The position numbers and the translations under genes were made by a program. Source: a virus. From it: DNA of 64,000 nt. The stretch lies in IMG/VR virus record IMGVR_UViG_3300025195_000002; one strand, given 5' to 3'. Below the pieces are notes generated by a model that worked only from the letters and a program-made list of their open reading frames with translations, was not told where the DNA came from and ran no database searches. Below are positions 48,671 through 57,963 of this stretch, piece by piece (the first letter of the stretch is position 1; every line of letters begins with the position of its first letter).

Positions 48671-49080
48671 TGAAAACTAAAACTACCCGTCTACAGCGTG
48701 AAGAAGTACAACAAGCCTCAGCTGAGGTTATTCAACTGTTTAAACAAAAGCATGATGTTAGGTTAACACCGCTTGAGATTATGGTGAAGCTGCGCCTATC
48801 AGATCTGAGTCTGCCAGCCGTATTAGCGTTAGCTATTGTAGATAGTAACCACCATGGCAAATATCCTCTAGTCTACGTAGGTGAGGTTGAAGGGTTCTTC
48901 ATGAGCTACTATAGAAATGGTGATAATCCATGGGGTTACTCGGCTATTGCGCAGATGCTTAATAAGTTGGTTAAGAAAGACCTGTTGGCTAAAGAACGCC
49001 ACGGTCGCTACATGGCCTACGGCATGACACGTAAGGGGATTCGCTTCTTACGTGACCTAGGTCTAGATATTACCAAATAA
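48670..49080 (+). CDS. Probable winged-helix DNA-binding protein
   Basis: C-terminal YSAIAQMLNKLVKKDLLAKERHGRYMAYGMTRKG has a MarR/wHTH-like recognition helix and wing pattern. Confidence 0.55.
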   Translation: MKTKTTRLQREEVQQASAEVIQLFKQKHDVRLTPLEIMVKLRLSDLSLPAVLALAIVDSNHHGKYPLVYVGEVEGFFMSYYRNGDNPWGYSAIAQMLNKLVKKDLLAKERHGRYMAYGMTRKGIRFLRDLGLDITK

Positions 49081-49177
49081 CAATAGAGTTTTTAAGGGGT
49101 AGGGGATTACATAGATGCTAGCTACTATGATCCCCTTTCTTTTTTTATAATAAACTAAACCCTTTTAAGGATAAACT

Positions 49178-49825
49178 ATGTTAACTAAAAAACGTTTACT
49201 TCCTAAATGCCTAACCGCCACCCGTTTAAGAATAGGGGCGTTGGAGATACGATGGGCAATACCTAAGTTTGATCGTTCGCTACATTTTCTATTAACGCGT
49301 ACCACCAAACAAATGATCAGTTGGGATGAGGGAAGAAATGACATTACGTTTTCCCTTTACTGGCTATGTATTACTATTCATTTAGGTAATTGGGCCTGTA
49401 CAGAAACCCTTAATTCAGATCAAGAAAGTTTTTGGTACGGTGTTTTTATTAGAAGCGAATCGCTACACTTCTATCTAGGAGGACGGGGTTCTAAATTAGT
49501 AGACTTACCATGGCGGGTGAGTGCTGTTGAGCCTTATAAGGAACATACGCTTGCTGAGACCGTTGGTCTACATTACCATGACCGACCTAACCTTAATAGC
49601 GTGGATGCCAATGTGCGGGTCTACTATATTAAGGTTGCCCCTATCGGATTTCGCTGGATCCCTTTTCTATCGTGGAAGATTTACCGCGCAGAAATTGATT
49701 TTGCCGAGGAAGTAGGCGTCGGTGTGGGTAGTTGGAAAGGTGGGACGTTAAGCACTAGTTTTATGATCCCTAATAAAATGCAATGCGCAGAAGCACTGCG
49801 TTATTATGAAAATAATCACGCATGA
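49178..49825 (+). CDS. Hypothetical protein, aromatic-rich
   Basis: 215 aa; AAGGA SD; followed by a terminator at 49830-49862. Confidence 0.75.
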   Translation: MLTKKRLLPKCLTATRLRIGALEIRWAIPKFDRSLHFLLTRTTKQMISWDEGRNDITFSLYWLCITIHLGNWACTETLNSDQESFWYGVFIRSESLHFYLGGRGSKLVDLPWRVSAVEPYKEHTLAETVGLHYHDRPNLNSVDANVRVYYIKVAPIGFRWIPFLSWKIYRAEIDFAEEVGVGVGSWKGGTLSTSFMIPNKMQCAEALRYYENNHA

Positions 49826-49895
49826 TAGATAAGGGGCGTTACGGCGTCCCTTTCTTTTTTTGTTTCCATCTATTCTTAACGTTGTGGAGAACGTA

Positions 49896-50450
49896 ATGAG
49901 TAATAAAGTCACGTGGAGCAGTGATTTTGGTCCCAGCTACACCCCCGATCAAATGTTGCGTATGGGTGTGTTCATGGATTGCCGTTATAACGCGGCCATC
50001 ACGGACCTACCCGCAGCGTGGTACAAGCATAAAAACGTTATACCTAGCTCGCAAGAGCCCGACGCATCAGATAATTACTTTGGCGTTAAATCCCGTCAGT
50101 CGTTAAAAGAATGGCAGCGTAAAGGCTGGACTGACCCCGACTACCCTCTTGGGTGGTGGGAGTGGTACGTCCATTTCTTTTTTGGAAGGCGTTTAGGTGA
50201 GAAAGATGAATTGGAAATCAATCGGTGGCGTAGTTTTGTAGCACGACATCAGGGTCAGATTAAAGCAAACTGTAATTTAAACGATAAGAATTGTCGTCCT
50301 AAACAACGACAAGCTCTGTTGCAGTGGGGGTGGGATAGTAGTACGTTGTTCAACGACCAACAAGTAACACGTAATGCTAGGAAGTTAGCCAAAAGTATAA
50401 ACGTGGGGTTGGAAGATTCAAATGCTATGATTGTATCTCTAAACTGGTAG
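49896..50450 (+). CDS. Conserved protein of unknown function (family recalled from giant viruses and eukaryotes)
   Basis: PSYTP.QML.MGVF, NYFGVKSRQSL.EWQRKGW, P.GWWEWY..FF.GRR, CRPKQRQALLQW. Confidence 0.7.
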   Translation: MSNKVTWSSDFGPSYTPDQMLRMGVFMDCRYNAAITDLPAAWYKHKNVIPSSQEPDASDNYFGVKSRQSLKEWQRKGWTDPDYPLGWWEWYVHFFFGRRLGEKDELEINRWRSFVARHQGQIKANCNLNDKNCRPKQRQALLQWGWDSSTLFNDQQVTRNARKLAKSINVGLEDSNAMIVSLNW

Positions 50451-50481
50451 AGGTTGTTACAAAACATAGCGGGGTATGTAG

Positions 50482-51192
50482 ATGAGACGTTTGCTAACTA
50501 TCAGCTTTACACGTTCTAGTATCGAGACGCTGATAGAGCACTTAGAAGATAGAAAACGATGGGCTGAGGTGATTAAATCGATACTATTAGCGCAACGAGA
50601 TCAATGTTTTAGTGATGCTCTTAAGGAGGCTGATCCAGGCCATAGTGTCTATGATGATGTAGATATGGCGGTTAAGCACTACGTGAATGAAAACCTCAAT
50701 TACGTTTTCTTTAAACGATATAATCTCTTCTACAATACTTATATGAAAATCATTGACGTCATCATGGGGGTTTTTGATAAATTAGGTCTAAAACCCCAAC
50801 GGCGAAATAATTTTGATGTAAAGATCAATGTAGATCACCCTCACCATAGAGCCGATGATGAACTTTATCGAGGTGAAGCATCTTTTAACCAATTATCCAT
50901 TGAGAAAGGTGAGGATATTACTACGGGTAAGGTTTATTGGATTGTTAATCTAAGTCAATACGGTAGTCATCTTCAAGAGGTGTTGAAAGACACTAACAAT
51001 ATAGAAGATAGACTAGACTCCATGATTGTCATGTTAGATTTGTTTATAGAACACGCTATAAATGCAAAAGTTTTATTGGGTAAATCTAAAGAGGATCAAG
51101 AGATACACTTTCCTGTCGAACCGCTCAATCGATGTTTAAATGGTATAATAGAATTAAGAGATGAGTTAATTAAAGGAGGAGGTCACTCATGA
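50482..51192 (+). CDS. Hypothetical protein
   Basis: 236 aa; its stop lies inside a 13-bp-stem hairpin (51173-51202). Confidence 0.75.
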   Translation: MRRLLTISFTRSSIETLIEHLEDRKRWAEVIKSILLAQRDQCFSDALKEADPGHSVYDDVDMAVKHYVNENLNYVFFKRYNLFYNTYMKIIDVIMGVFDKLGLKPQRRNNFDVKINVDHPHHRADDELYRGEASFNQLSIEKGEDITTGKVYWIVNLSQYGSHLQEVLKDTNNIEDRLDSMIVMLDLFIEHAINAKVLLGKSKEDQEIHFPVEPLNRCLNGIIELRDELIKGGGHS

Positions 51193-51216
51193 CCTCCTCC
51201 TTATGACGATAAGGAT

Positions 51217-52431
51217 GTGGAGATGAAGCCCGTTAGACTATTACTTGACAAGGCTAGGTTGACCGATGGTCAAATTCAACAATTTGACGCTGTTAGAAAA
51301 CTGATAAAGAAAAGAACAGAGGCCTATATTGTAGACCAGCAGCTCGCCTCTAAAATTACTGCAGATACTAGCCCAACCATTAATGATATTATTCAAAGAC
51401 ACATCAAACTTCGACCAGAAACTAAGCCTAATCGTAAATTACTTGATGTGGAGCGGACACGCTACGATGCTAAAATTAAATCGATTGCTGAAAAAGAAGA
51501 GTGGCGCTTTAAAGCCAGTGAAATGTTTCACCGTGAACTCTATAAAACATTAGAGTTACAGTTGGTAGAGAAGACAGAGAAGGCCATTGGCTTAAATAGC
51601 ATTGAATTACTTGATGTTCTTTATCATCCTAATATTGATTATCGTAAATTAGCAGGTATAGTAGAACAAGACCCTTCTTTAATAGACGGCATTCTATCTT
51701 ACCATGCTAATGAAAAGGATAATAATAAAGTCCCTGCCAGCCAAAAAAGTATGAAGGCTATTTTAGGCCATTTAGGGGTCAGCGTATTAGACAATGTCAT
51801 CCCATTAATACTGGCACAGAATGCCGTAAACGTTACCGGTAATCTACGACGGTCGTCAATTGAAAACAAGTTAAAGCGTTTAATGTCTTATAATGTATTA
51901 ACTTTTGGTACGTTGCTGGAACATATGCCTAGGAATAATCCATATCAGCGCCTAGGTGGACTTATGGGGGTGTTAGAGCCACTTAGCTATGCTGTCGTAT
52001 ACCGATTATTTTGTCTCCATCAGGAGAGCGTTAAGGACCGTGTAATGAAGAAGTGGTACCAGCAATCTAACCACACGCTTTATAACGCGCTACAAGACAT
52101 TGACGTTAATTTCGATGTTTTACCTATTTGGTTTGATCAGTTACAATTAAAAGTCAAAGAAACGTTAATCAATTATCTAAAGTGGAATCATACAACACCT
52201 GCGAGGCGTGCTTTAGAAGAAAGCCATGAAAACATTGACTTACATGAGCGATCACAGTCAGGTATACTATATAACCACGCGTATCATTTCGCACAGTTTA
52301 AGTTCCTACTTGAAGGTAAGATGTTAAGTAAGAATCTCATCACCCCTTATTTTTATGGGAATTATATTTCTAATGAACTTAGTAGATCTATGTTAAGTTC
52401 TATCCAAACGTCGACAATGGAGCTTGTTTGA
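51217..52431 (+). CDS. HDOD domain protein with an N-terminal extension (degenerate HD motif)
   Basis: LLDVLYHPNIDYRKLAGIVEQDPSLIDGIL and AILGHLGV are typical HDOD N-terminal helices. Confidence 0.72.
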   Translation: MEMKPVRLLLDKARLTDGQIQQFDAVRKLIKKRTEAYIVDQQLASKITADTSPTINDIIQRHIKLRPETKPNRKLLDVERTRYDAKIKSIAEKEEWRFKASEMFHRELYKTLELQLVEKTEKAIGLNSIELLDVLYHPNIDYRKLAGIVEQDPSLIDGILSYHANEKDNNKVPASQKSMKAILGHLGVSVLDNVIPLILAQNAVNVTGNLRRSSIENKLKRLMSYNVLTFGTLLEHMPRNNPYQRLGGLMGVLEPLSYAVVYRLFCLHQESVKDRVMKKWYQQSNHTLYNALQDIDVNFDVLPIWFDQLQLKVKETLINYLKWNHTTPARRALEESHENIDLHERSQSGILYNHAYHFAQFKFLLEGKMLSKNLITPYFYGNYISNELSRSMLSSIQTSTMELV

Positions 52432-53263
52432 TATGAAAAATAACGCGTTAACTTTATCTATACTTGATAAAATCAGCCACAATAAGCTAACGCTACCTAC
52501 ATTACCTGATATTGCATTGCGAGTTAAACAGACGGCAGAGGAAGATGATTCCACTATACTGGATGTAAGTAACGTCGTTGCAACGGACACCGCATTAACA
52601 ACTAGAATTATCCGCTATTCAAATAGCGCTTTAGTACGTGGTGTATCTCCCATTACAAACGTTCACGATGCCTGTAAACGGATTGGTTTGGTAAAGCTGA
52701 AAAACCTTGCAATCGGGATGGCGATGGAACAACTGTTTGACTCAAACAACAAGCAGATTCAAATTAAAATGCATGATATTTGGATGGATACCGTGACGAT
52801 GACATCGTGTGCGGTTGGCGCTTACTCGGTTTGTAATAAAAGTAAAGACCTGCGTGAAGAGACATTATTCCTTGCGTGTTTGGTCCACAACATCGGTATG
52901 TTAGCAATACTTAACGAAGCTGAAACAAACCCAGCTGAGTATGCAACAGAATCTTACCTTAAAGAGACTGCGGATAGATTAAACCCTATATTAGGTGGTC
53001 AGATCTTAAAGAGTTGGGAGTTTGATCAAGATGTCATCTATGCAGTAGAACGCTGGCGTCGTGGGGATGAGGGGTCTAATGTTAAACGGATTGGTTATGT
53101 TGACTACCTGCGCTTAGGTGCAGCACTCAACGGCTATTTCGGTGATAAACAAGACCGAATATTTAAACATTGTATTAATAAGAACATGTTTAAACACCCT
53201 ACCATACTAGAGTGTGACAAATACCATGAGATCTCACAGGCTGTTTTAGCAAGTTTCTTGTAA
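52424..53263 (+). CDS. Stand-alone HDOD domain protein
   Basis: LTLPTLPDIALRV, VVATDTALTTRIIRYSNS, CKRIG, LACLVHNIGML, LGGQILKSWEF. Confidence 0.9.
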   Translation: MFDMKNNALTLSILDKISHNKLTLPTLPDIALRVKQTAEEDDSTILDVSNVVATDTALTTRIIRYSNSALVRGVSPITNVHDACKRIGLVKLKNLAIGMAMEQLFDSNNKQIQIKMHDIWMDTVTMTSCAVGAYSVCNKSKDLREETLFLACLVHNIGMLAILNEAETNPAEYATESYLKETADRLNPILGGQILKSWEFDQDVIYAVERWRRGDEGSNVKRIGYVDYLRLGAALNGYFGDKQDRIFKHCINKNMFKHPTILECDKYHEISQAVLASFL

Positions 53264-53315
53264 CGGCATAAGCTAACCACCCGGCCTCACGGCTAGGTGG
53301 TTAGGCTTTTATGCG
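53262..53315. repeat. 54-bp bidirectional terminator, exact inverted copy of 25748-25801
   Basis: AACGGCATAAGCTAACCACCCGGCCTCACGGCTAGGTGGTTAGGCTTTTATGCG. Confidence 0.92.
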
Positions 53316-54868
53316 GCACTGGTCTTTTTCATATCCCACCATGGTGTCTCATCGGCACCAGGCTGACTATTTACACCACCCCCTACAGAGCGCCTTGATA
53401 AATCAGAACCATGTATATCGTCCGGAATGTCACCTATTGACTCAAATCGATACACGCAGAAAAGATCTCTATCTGGAGTAATCTTACCTGACTTACGATG
53501 TTTACCACGCATCATCGTAAGATAGCTATGTCCATCGCCCGGTTTTTCAATGTGGATAGTGATTTCTAAATCAGGTTCTTGGTCGATACCTTTAGCAGAA
53601 TCATAATAACCTTTATTGGCGACTTCTTTAACAAAGTCAGAACTTCCCATCCTTACTAACTGTTTGGCATCTGAACTTAACTGATGCGCTGTCAAGAAAG
53701 TAATGGCTTTAGGGTTACAATAGTTACGGACGCGTCTAAATAATTCACGTATACGGAACGCTTCGTTAGTCCCACTGTTACAACCTTGTTTACTCATCAT
53801 GTTAAGGTAATCTACTGATACCAGATGTATCTCATAACCTTCGGCCTGATATCTATCTAGTAATTCAAATAGATCACGGTAGGTGAAGTCAGTCGGATCG
53901 AAACGTAAGAACTTGAAGTGGTAGCCATTCTTACCCAAACGTTCTTTAAGATAAGCAGCTGCTTCTTGGATGTTAACATTTGATACGTCACATTCTTGCT
54001 TAGTCTCATTTTCCTTAAGATTCTTATAGAGAATCAGGATGTTATCTTCTATCTTGTTTTCTAACGAGATGTAGATGATGAGTGGTTTCTTCCTGGGGTC
54101 CAACATATAGGGTTTGTTATATAACGCTACGTGTTTAGGTATATTTAATAACATACCTGATTTAAAGTTGTGTTGAAGTGCACCGATAAGGACAAAGTCA
54201 CCTCGACGTATCCCATTATGGTCGCCTGTCATTCTATTGACACCTTGCCAACCTAACTTCATTATCCCTTCCGTTGAATTAGATTCATTGCCGTCTTTCA
54301 TGACCTTTTCAAGATCATCTATATTGTCGATATCTAACTCAGTTACTAGACCCTGTGCATTTTCAATCATCATGGTAGTGTAGGGCTCTAGCTTATCACA
54401 GAGATCCGCTGCAAACGTCTTCCAGTCCACAGACTCTTCATTAAAGTGAACGTCTTGCGATGCTTGCTTAATAATATTCTTAATTTTATTTCGTGATATA
54501 AACTGACGCAGGGTTCTTATATGGTCGTAGCAGATCTGCTGAATGCGTTCTTCTGACTCTACCTCTACCATACCTAGTTCAACGGCCTGGAATAGAGACT
54601 CGTCGTCTGTGATATTAACACGCAGGCGTTGAATAATGGTGTCTCTATCGTGTTGGTAACCATCAGGCTCTTCTAGCATATAGAGCAGTGTATCTCGCAG
54701 TGCAACCAGTGTGTCTTTGGAAGAGCCAGATACCGCACTATTAAATGTAGGTTTAAGTGCCTCGATAACGTCTTTAATAATAGGGGCTGACTGACCCGTA
54801 TTTTCCTTTAACTGCCCTTCTCGATAAAGTAACATTATCGACTTAACAAGCAATAGTTTTGAGTCCAT
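53309..54868 (-). CDS. dnaB: DnaB-like replicative helicase (phiKZ gp118 type)
   Basis: GALQHNFKSG Walker-A variant, ISLEN, SVDYLNMM, TAHQLSS, RGKHR. Confidence 0.85.
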   Translation of the reverse strand: MDSKLLLVKSIMLLYREGQLKENTGQSAPIIKDVIEALKPTFNSAVSGSSKDTLVALRDTLLYMLEEPDGYQHDRDTIIQRLRVNITDDESLFQAVELGMVEVESEERIQQICYDHIRTLRQFISRNKIKNIIKQASQDVHFNEESVDWKTFAADLCDKLEPYTTMMIENAQGLVTELDIDNIDDLEKVMKDGNESNSTEGIMKLGWQGVNRMTGDHNGIRRGDFVLIGALQHNFKSGMLLNIPKHVALYNKPYMLDPRKKPLIIYISLENKIEDNILILYKNLKENETKQECDVSNVNIQEAAAYLKERLGKNGYHFKFLRFDPTDFTYRDLFELLDRYQAEGYEIHLVSVDYLNMMSKQGCNSGTNEAFRIRELFRRVRNYCNPKAITFLTAHQLSSDAKQLVRMGSSDFVKEVANKGYYDSAKGIDQEPDLEITIHIEKPGDGHSYLTMMRGKHRKSGKITPDRDLFCVYRFESIGDIPDDIHGSDLSRRSVGGGVNSQPGADETPWWDMKKTSAA

Positions 54869-54920
54869 GAGGTTTCCTATTGTATAGATGAATCACCTGC
54901 AATCACTGTAAAGGCCCACT

Positions 54921-55454
54921 ATGAATTATGTCATTGTTCCCTATTGGCTAAAACAAATATTAGCGCGTCTGGGCGAGCCTCTCACCAGCGTGCTGGATAT
55001 TGAGAAATTGTCGTCTATACTATCACCAGAAGATGTTTTGTTATACCAAGCTTGCTGTTATAATACGATGATCCAACTCGGTTCTCAACAAACACCGTGG
55101 CTGAATGCATTGGCGCAAAGTTATCCACATGTTCGCATTAAAGGTATGCCTGACGGTCCTGAAGATGCAGTGCTTGTTAAACTTAAACAACATGAATCCT
55201 CTGAAGGTCAGAAACAAATTTTGCTCTATGGGCAAACTTTAGGTAGTGTAGATAAGTGTATCTCTATGACACCTTGTCTAATCGGCACGGATACTATAGG
55301 TTTGTGCATCGAACCTAGCGAAGAACCTGTAGTGGTTGTAGATTTATATGAGGAACTATTCAATATTCTTCAGATACGCTACAATCATGGCGACATACTA
55401 AAAACGCCACTGTATACCAGCTACGTTGCGATGCAACTGCGCGGCGCAGCGTAG
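54921..55454 (+). CDS. Conserved hypothetical protein (phiKZ gp119 position)
   Basis: Divergent from dnaB and upstream of the capsid gene. Confidence 0.7.
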   Translation: MNYVIVPYWLKQILARLGEPLTSVLDIEKLSSILSPEDVLLYQACCYNTMIQLGSQQTPWLNALAQSYPHVRIKGMPDGPEDAVLVKLKQHESSEGQKQILLYGQTLGSVDKCISMTPCLIGTDTIGLCIEPSEEPVVVVDLYEELFNILQIRYNHGDILKTPLYTSYVAMQLRGAA

Positions 55455-55500
55455 TCATCCGCATTTTTAACCTGTAGAAGTAGACGTGCCTCGTACACCT

Positions 55501-55504
55501 TATG
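55501..55504 (+). promoter_or_regulatory. Probable late promoter (TATG) for the capsid gene
   Basis: TATG about 50 nt upstream of the capsid start; the phiKZ late consensus is TATG. The motif is short, so support is weak. Confidence 0.4.
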
Positions 55505-55553
55505 AGACACTAGCTTCTTAATAATCCACGTTAATGAAAGGAAAGGTACGATA

Positions 55554-57716
55554 ATGTCCTTATTAAGCATCAAGAAAAAGGCAACCGGTTTAGGTGCCGC
55601 TAAAATGAGCATCCACACGCTTCTGCAGGAACAGGGTGCTGAAATGTCTAACCAGTCTATTGCCAACAACCTGGTATCTCTGGAATCATTGGACGATCAC
55701 GCTCGCTCTGATCTGGAAACGTCTTTTGAACATTGTTCAAATGAACTGAAGACTATCCTGTCTGAAACCATGGGTGAAGGGTTTGAGGTAAGTGACATCG
55801 GTCTGGAAGCCGCTGCCATCACTACTTTGGCAATCGGTAACCCAGCTGCGTACATGCAGTCTGCAACTCGCATTGGTATTGAGGGTATGATTGAATTACC
55901 TTCTTACGGTACTGCCGGTTCAATGGACTATCGTCTGTCTCCGTCAAATGAAGCATTCGACGAAGCTGAACTGCGTAAATTTGCTCCACACTCAATTGTA
56001 TTCAACGCCCTGGCCGCTGTGCAGGACCCGTTTGCTGAAGCATTCTTCCCGACGTACGTTATGTCGCCTGACAATGCTGGCGCTGAAGTATCTGTTCAAC
56101 GTACCATGGTTTTCAATGAAGTTAGCCGTAGCCCTACTGGTCAAGTTACTAACTTCAATAAAGTTAACCTGGTTGAAGCTGTTCAGGATGCCAAAGTCCT
56201 TGAAAACCAAACTACTGCATTGGTTCCAGTTTACCTGGCCGATGACAGCCGCGCTGAATACTTTGTTGACACTGACGTCCTTGCCCCTGTTGATACTAAA
56301 GTTGATGGCGACGAGTTCCAAACTTCTGCACTGCGCATCGATGCACAAATGGACCTGGTTGCAATGGCAACTTCTCCAAACCGCATCAACGCTCAGATCG
56401 ACAGCACTGACTCAATCGACGGTCGTGTTGAACTGAAAACTGTTTACGTTCGTGTACGTGATGCAGCCAACCTGGCTGATCCTGCTACTGGTAACGACGA
56501 AGTATTATCTATCAGCGTTAAAGGTCTGCCACGCACTACCTTCCAGCCGTCTGCTGAAGGCGATAGCCGTGAGATGACTCTTACTTTTGCTAACAACGCT
56601 CTGTTGTTAAGCGATGCGACCAAAGCTGTTGATGGTTCTGCTGCTGACGCGCTGTCTGGTCTGTCTGGTTACACTGCATCTGTTGATATTAAACTGAATG
56701 GTACTATCAACGTTGAAACCGGTGCTCTTGAACTGAACGCGTCTCCAATGCGTGTTAATGGTCTGGTTGATGCAAGCGGTACAAATATCGCTACTGCAAC
56801 TGGTGCTGGTAAGACAGCAATTGATAGCTTCTCTATGGAAGTTATCGGCTACAGCCTGGATGCTCGCCTGACTAATGCGAACCGTCGTACTCGTGGTATC
56901 CTGATCGATCGTACTGAAGTTAAAGAGCGTTACACTGTACCACTGGGTGCACCAATCTCTGCACCTCAGCCAATTCATGGTTCAAGTGACAGCGCTTCTG
57001 ATCTTCGCGCTCTGGTAACTACTGCACGTACTCGTACGTCTAACAACGCTGTGACCACGCTGCTTAACTATGTTGACAGCCTGAAATCAACTGTTGCTGT
57101 TGCCGCTGCGACGGGTGTTACTCCACAAGTACAAGGTATTGGCCGTCTTCTGGTTAAGCCTTACTTCCAGGAAGAAACTATCGATGCAGTTCAGGTAATC
57201 AACTCTACCAAGTCACACGAGAAAGCACAAGACTTCTCTGCGGTATTGGTTGATGCAATCCGTCAAATTGCTTACAAGATGATGGATCGTTCAAACTACG
57301 CTGCAGCGTTGGAAATGGAAACCGGCGGTGCCAACATTAAGCCTAAGTTGATCATCGGTACAGATAACGTTATCGCTCAGCACATCATGGTTTCTGGTGA
57401 TGATCGCACTGCAAGCATCGGCATGGACTTTGAAGTTGTATCTTCACCTGACTCTCGTATGAGTGGTAAGATCGTTCTTGGTTTCGGTCGCGGTGCAAGC
57501 GGTAAGCCTGACGCACTTGGTTTTGGTACTCACTTCTACATGCCTGAGCTTACTAGCACAGCGCAAGTATCACGTGACAATGCTACTACCAAAGAAACTC
57601 AGGTACAGCCTCGTGATCTTCACGTTCCTCATCTGCCAGTATTGGCTGTGATCAACGTTGAGAACATCGACCAGGTCTTCACCGATTACATTAAAGGTGT
57701 TCCTGCACGTAGCTAA
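55554..57716 (+). CDS. Major capsid protein precursor (phiKZ gp120 type)
   Basis: 720 aa; propeptide with SLE/GLE/GIE/SNE sites; QDPFAEAFFPT, RTRGILID, VPLGAPIS; synteny between dnaB and the nvRNAP gene. Confidence 0.9.
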   Translation: MSLLSIKKKATGLGAAKMSIHTLLQEQGAEMSNQSIANNLVSLESLDDHARSDLETSFEHCSNELKTILSETMGEGFEVSDIGLEAAAITTLAIGNPAAYMQSATRIGIEGMIELPSYGTAGSMDYRLSPSNEAFDEAELRKFAPHSIVFNALAAVQDPFAEAFFPTYVMSPDNAGAEVSVQRTMVFNEVSRSPTGQVTNFNKVNLVEAVQDAKVLENQTTALVPVYLADDSRAEYFVDTDVLAPVDTKVDGDEFQTSALRIDAQMDLVAMATSPNRINAQIDSTDSIDGRVELKTVYVRVRDAANLADPATGNDEVLSISVKGLPRTTFQPSAEGDSREMTLTFANNALLLSDATKAVDGSAADALSGLSGYTASVDIKLNGTINVETGALELNASPMRVNGLVDASGTNIATATGAGKTAIDSFSMEVIGYSLDARLTNANRRTRGILIDRTEVKERYTVPLGAPISAPQPIHGSSDSASDLRALVTTARTRTSNNAVTTLLNYVDSLKSTVAVAAATGVTPQVQGIGRLLVKPYFQEETIDAVQVINSTKSHEKAQDFSAVLVDAIRQIAYKMMDRSNYAAALEMETGGANIKPKLIIGTDNVIAQHIMVSGDDRTASIGMDFEVVSSPDSRMSGKIVLGFGRGASGKPDALGFGTHFYMPELTSTAQVSRDNATTKETQVQPRDLHVPHLPVLAVINVENIDQVFTDYIKGVPARS

Positions 57717-57724
57717 GCTACACC

Positions 57725-57884
57725 GGGGAGGGTAACCTCCCCACCGTTTCATTAACAATCTGGTTAAGATGCGTTAGCGTGTCGACAAGAAAAAAGAAGT
57801 ACGGCATAAACTGCCGATAAAGCCACGGACGTGGTAAAGTAGAACCCAGGGCATTTAGTCCTGGGTTCTATGCCGTCTATGCCG
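57725..57884. terminator. Multi-hairpin terminator cluster after the capsid gene
   Basis: Stems at 57725-57742, 57802-57816, 57823-57834 and 57840-57870, then a tandem TATGCCG-TC-TATGCCG. Confidence 0.75.
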
Positions 57885-57904
57885 TCTCTAGGTTTTTTCA
57901 CACC

Positions 57905-57912
57905 TACATTAC
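57905..57912 (+). promoter_or_regulatory. Early promoter motif TACATTAC
   Basis: Upstream of 57964; extended similarity to the 18842 site (..ATTACTA(T/A)T..TGATTCAA). Confidence 0.6.
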
Positions 57913-57963
57913 TATATTGATTCAAGTGCTAAGACCTTATCAGGATTTAACAAGAGAACGCCA

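Noticed and set aside
51173-51207. Perfect SD plus minigene MTSSL inside a hairpin
   Set aside because: The SD and ATG are sequestered in a 13-bp stem that belongs to the terminator family; most likely coincidental.
53309-54868. Non-canonical Walker A (GALQHNFKSG) suggesting a dead helicase
   Set aside because: As I recall, this variant is typical of phiKZ-like DnaB proteins, and the other motifs are intact.
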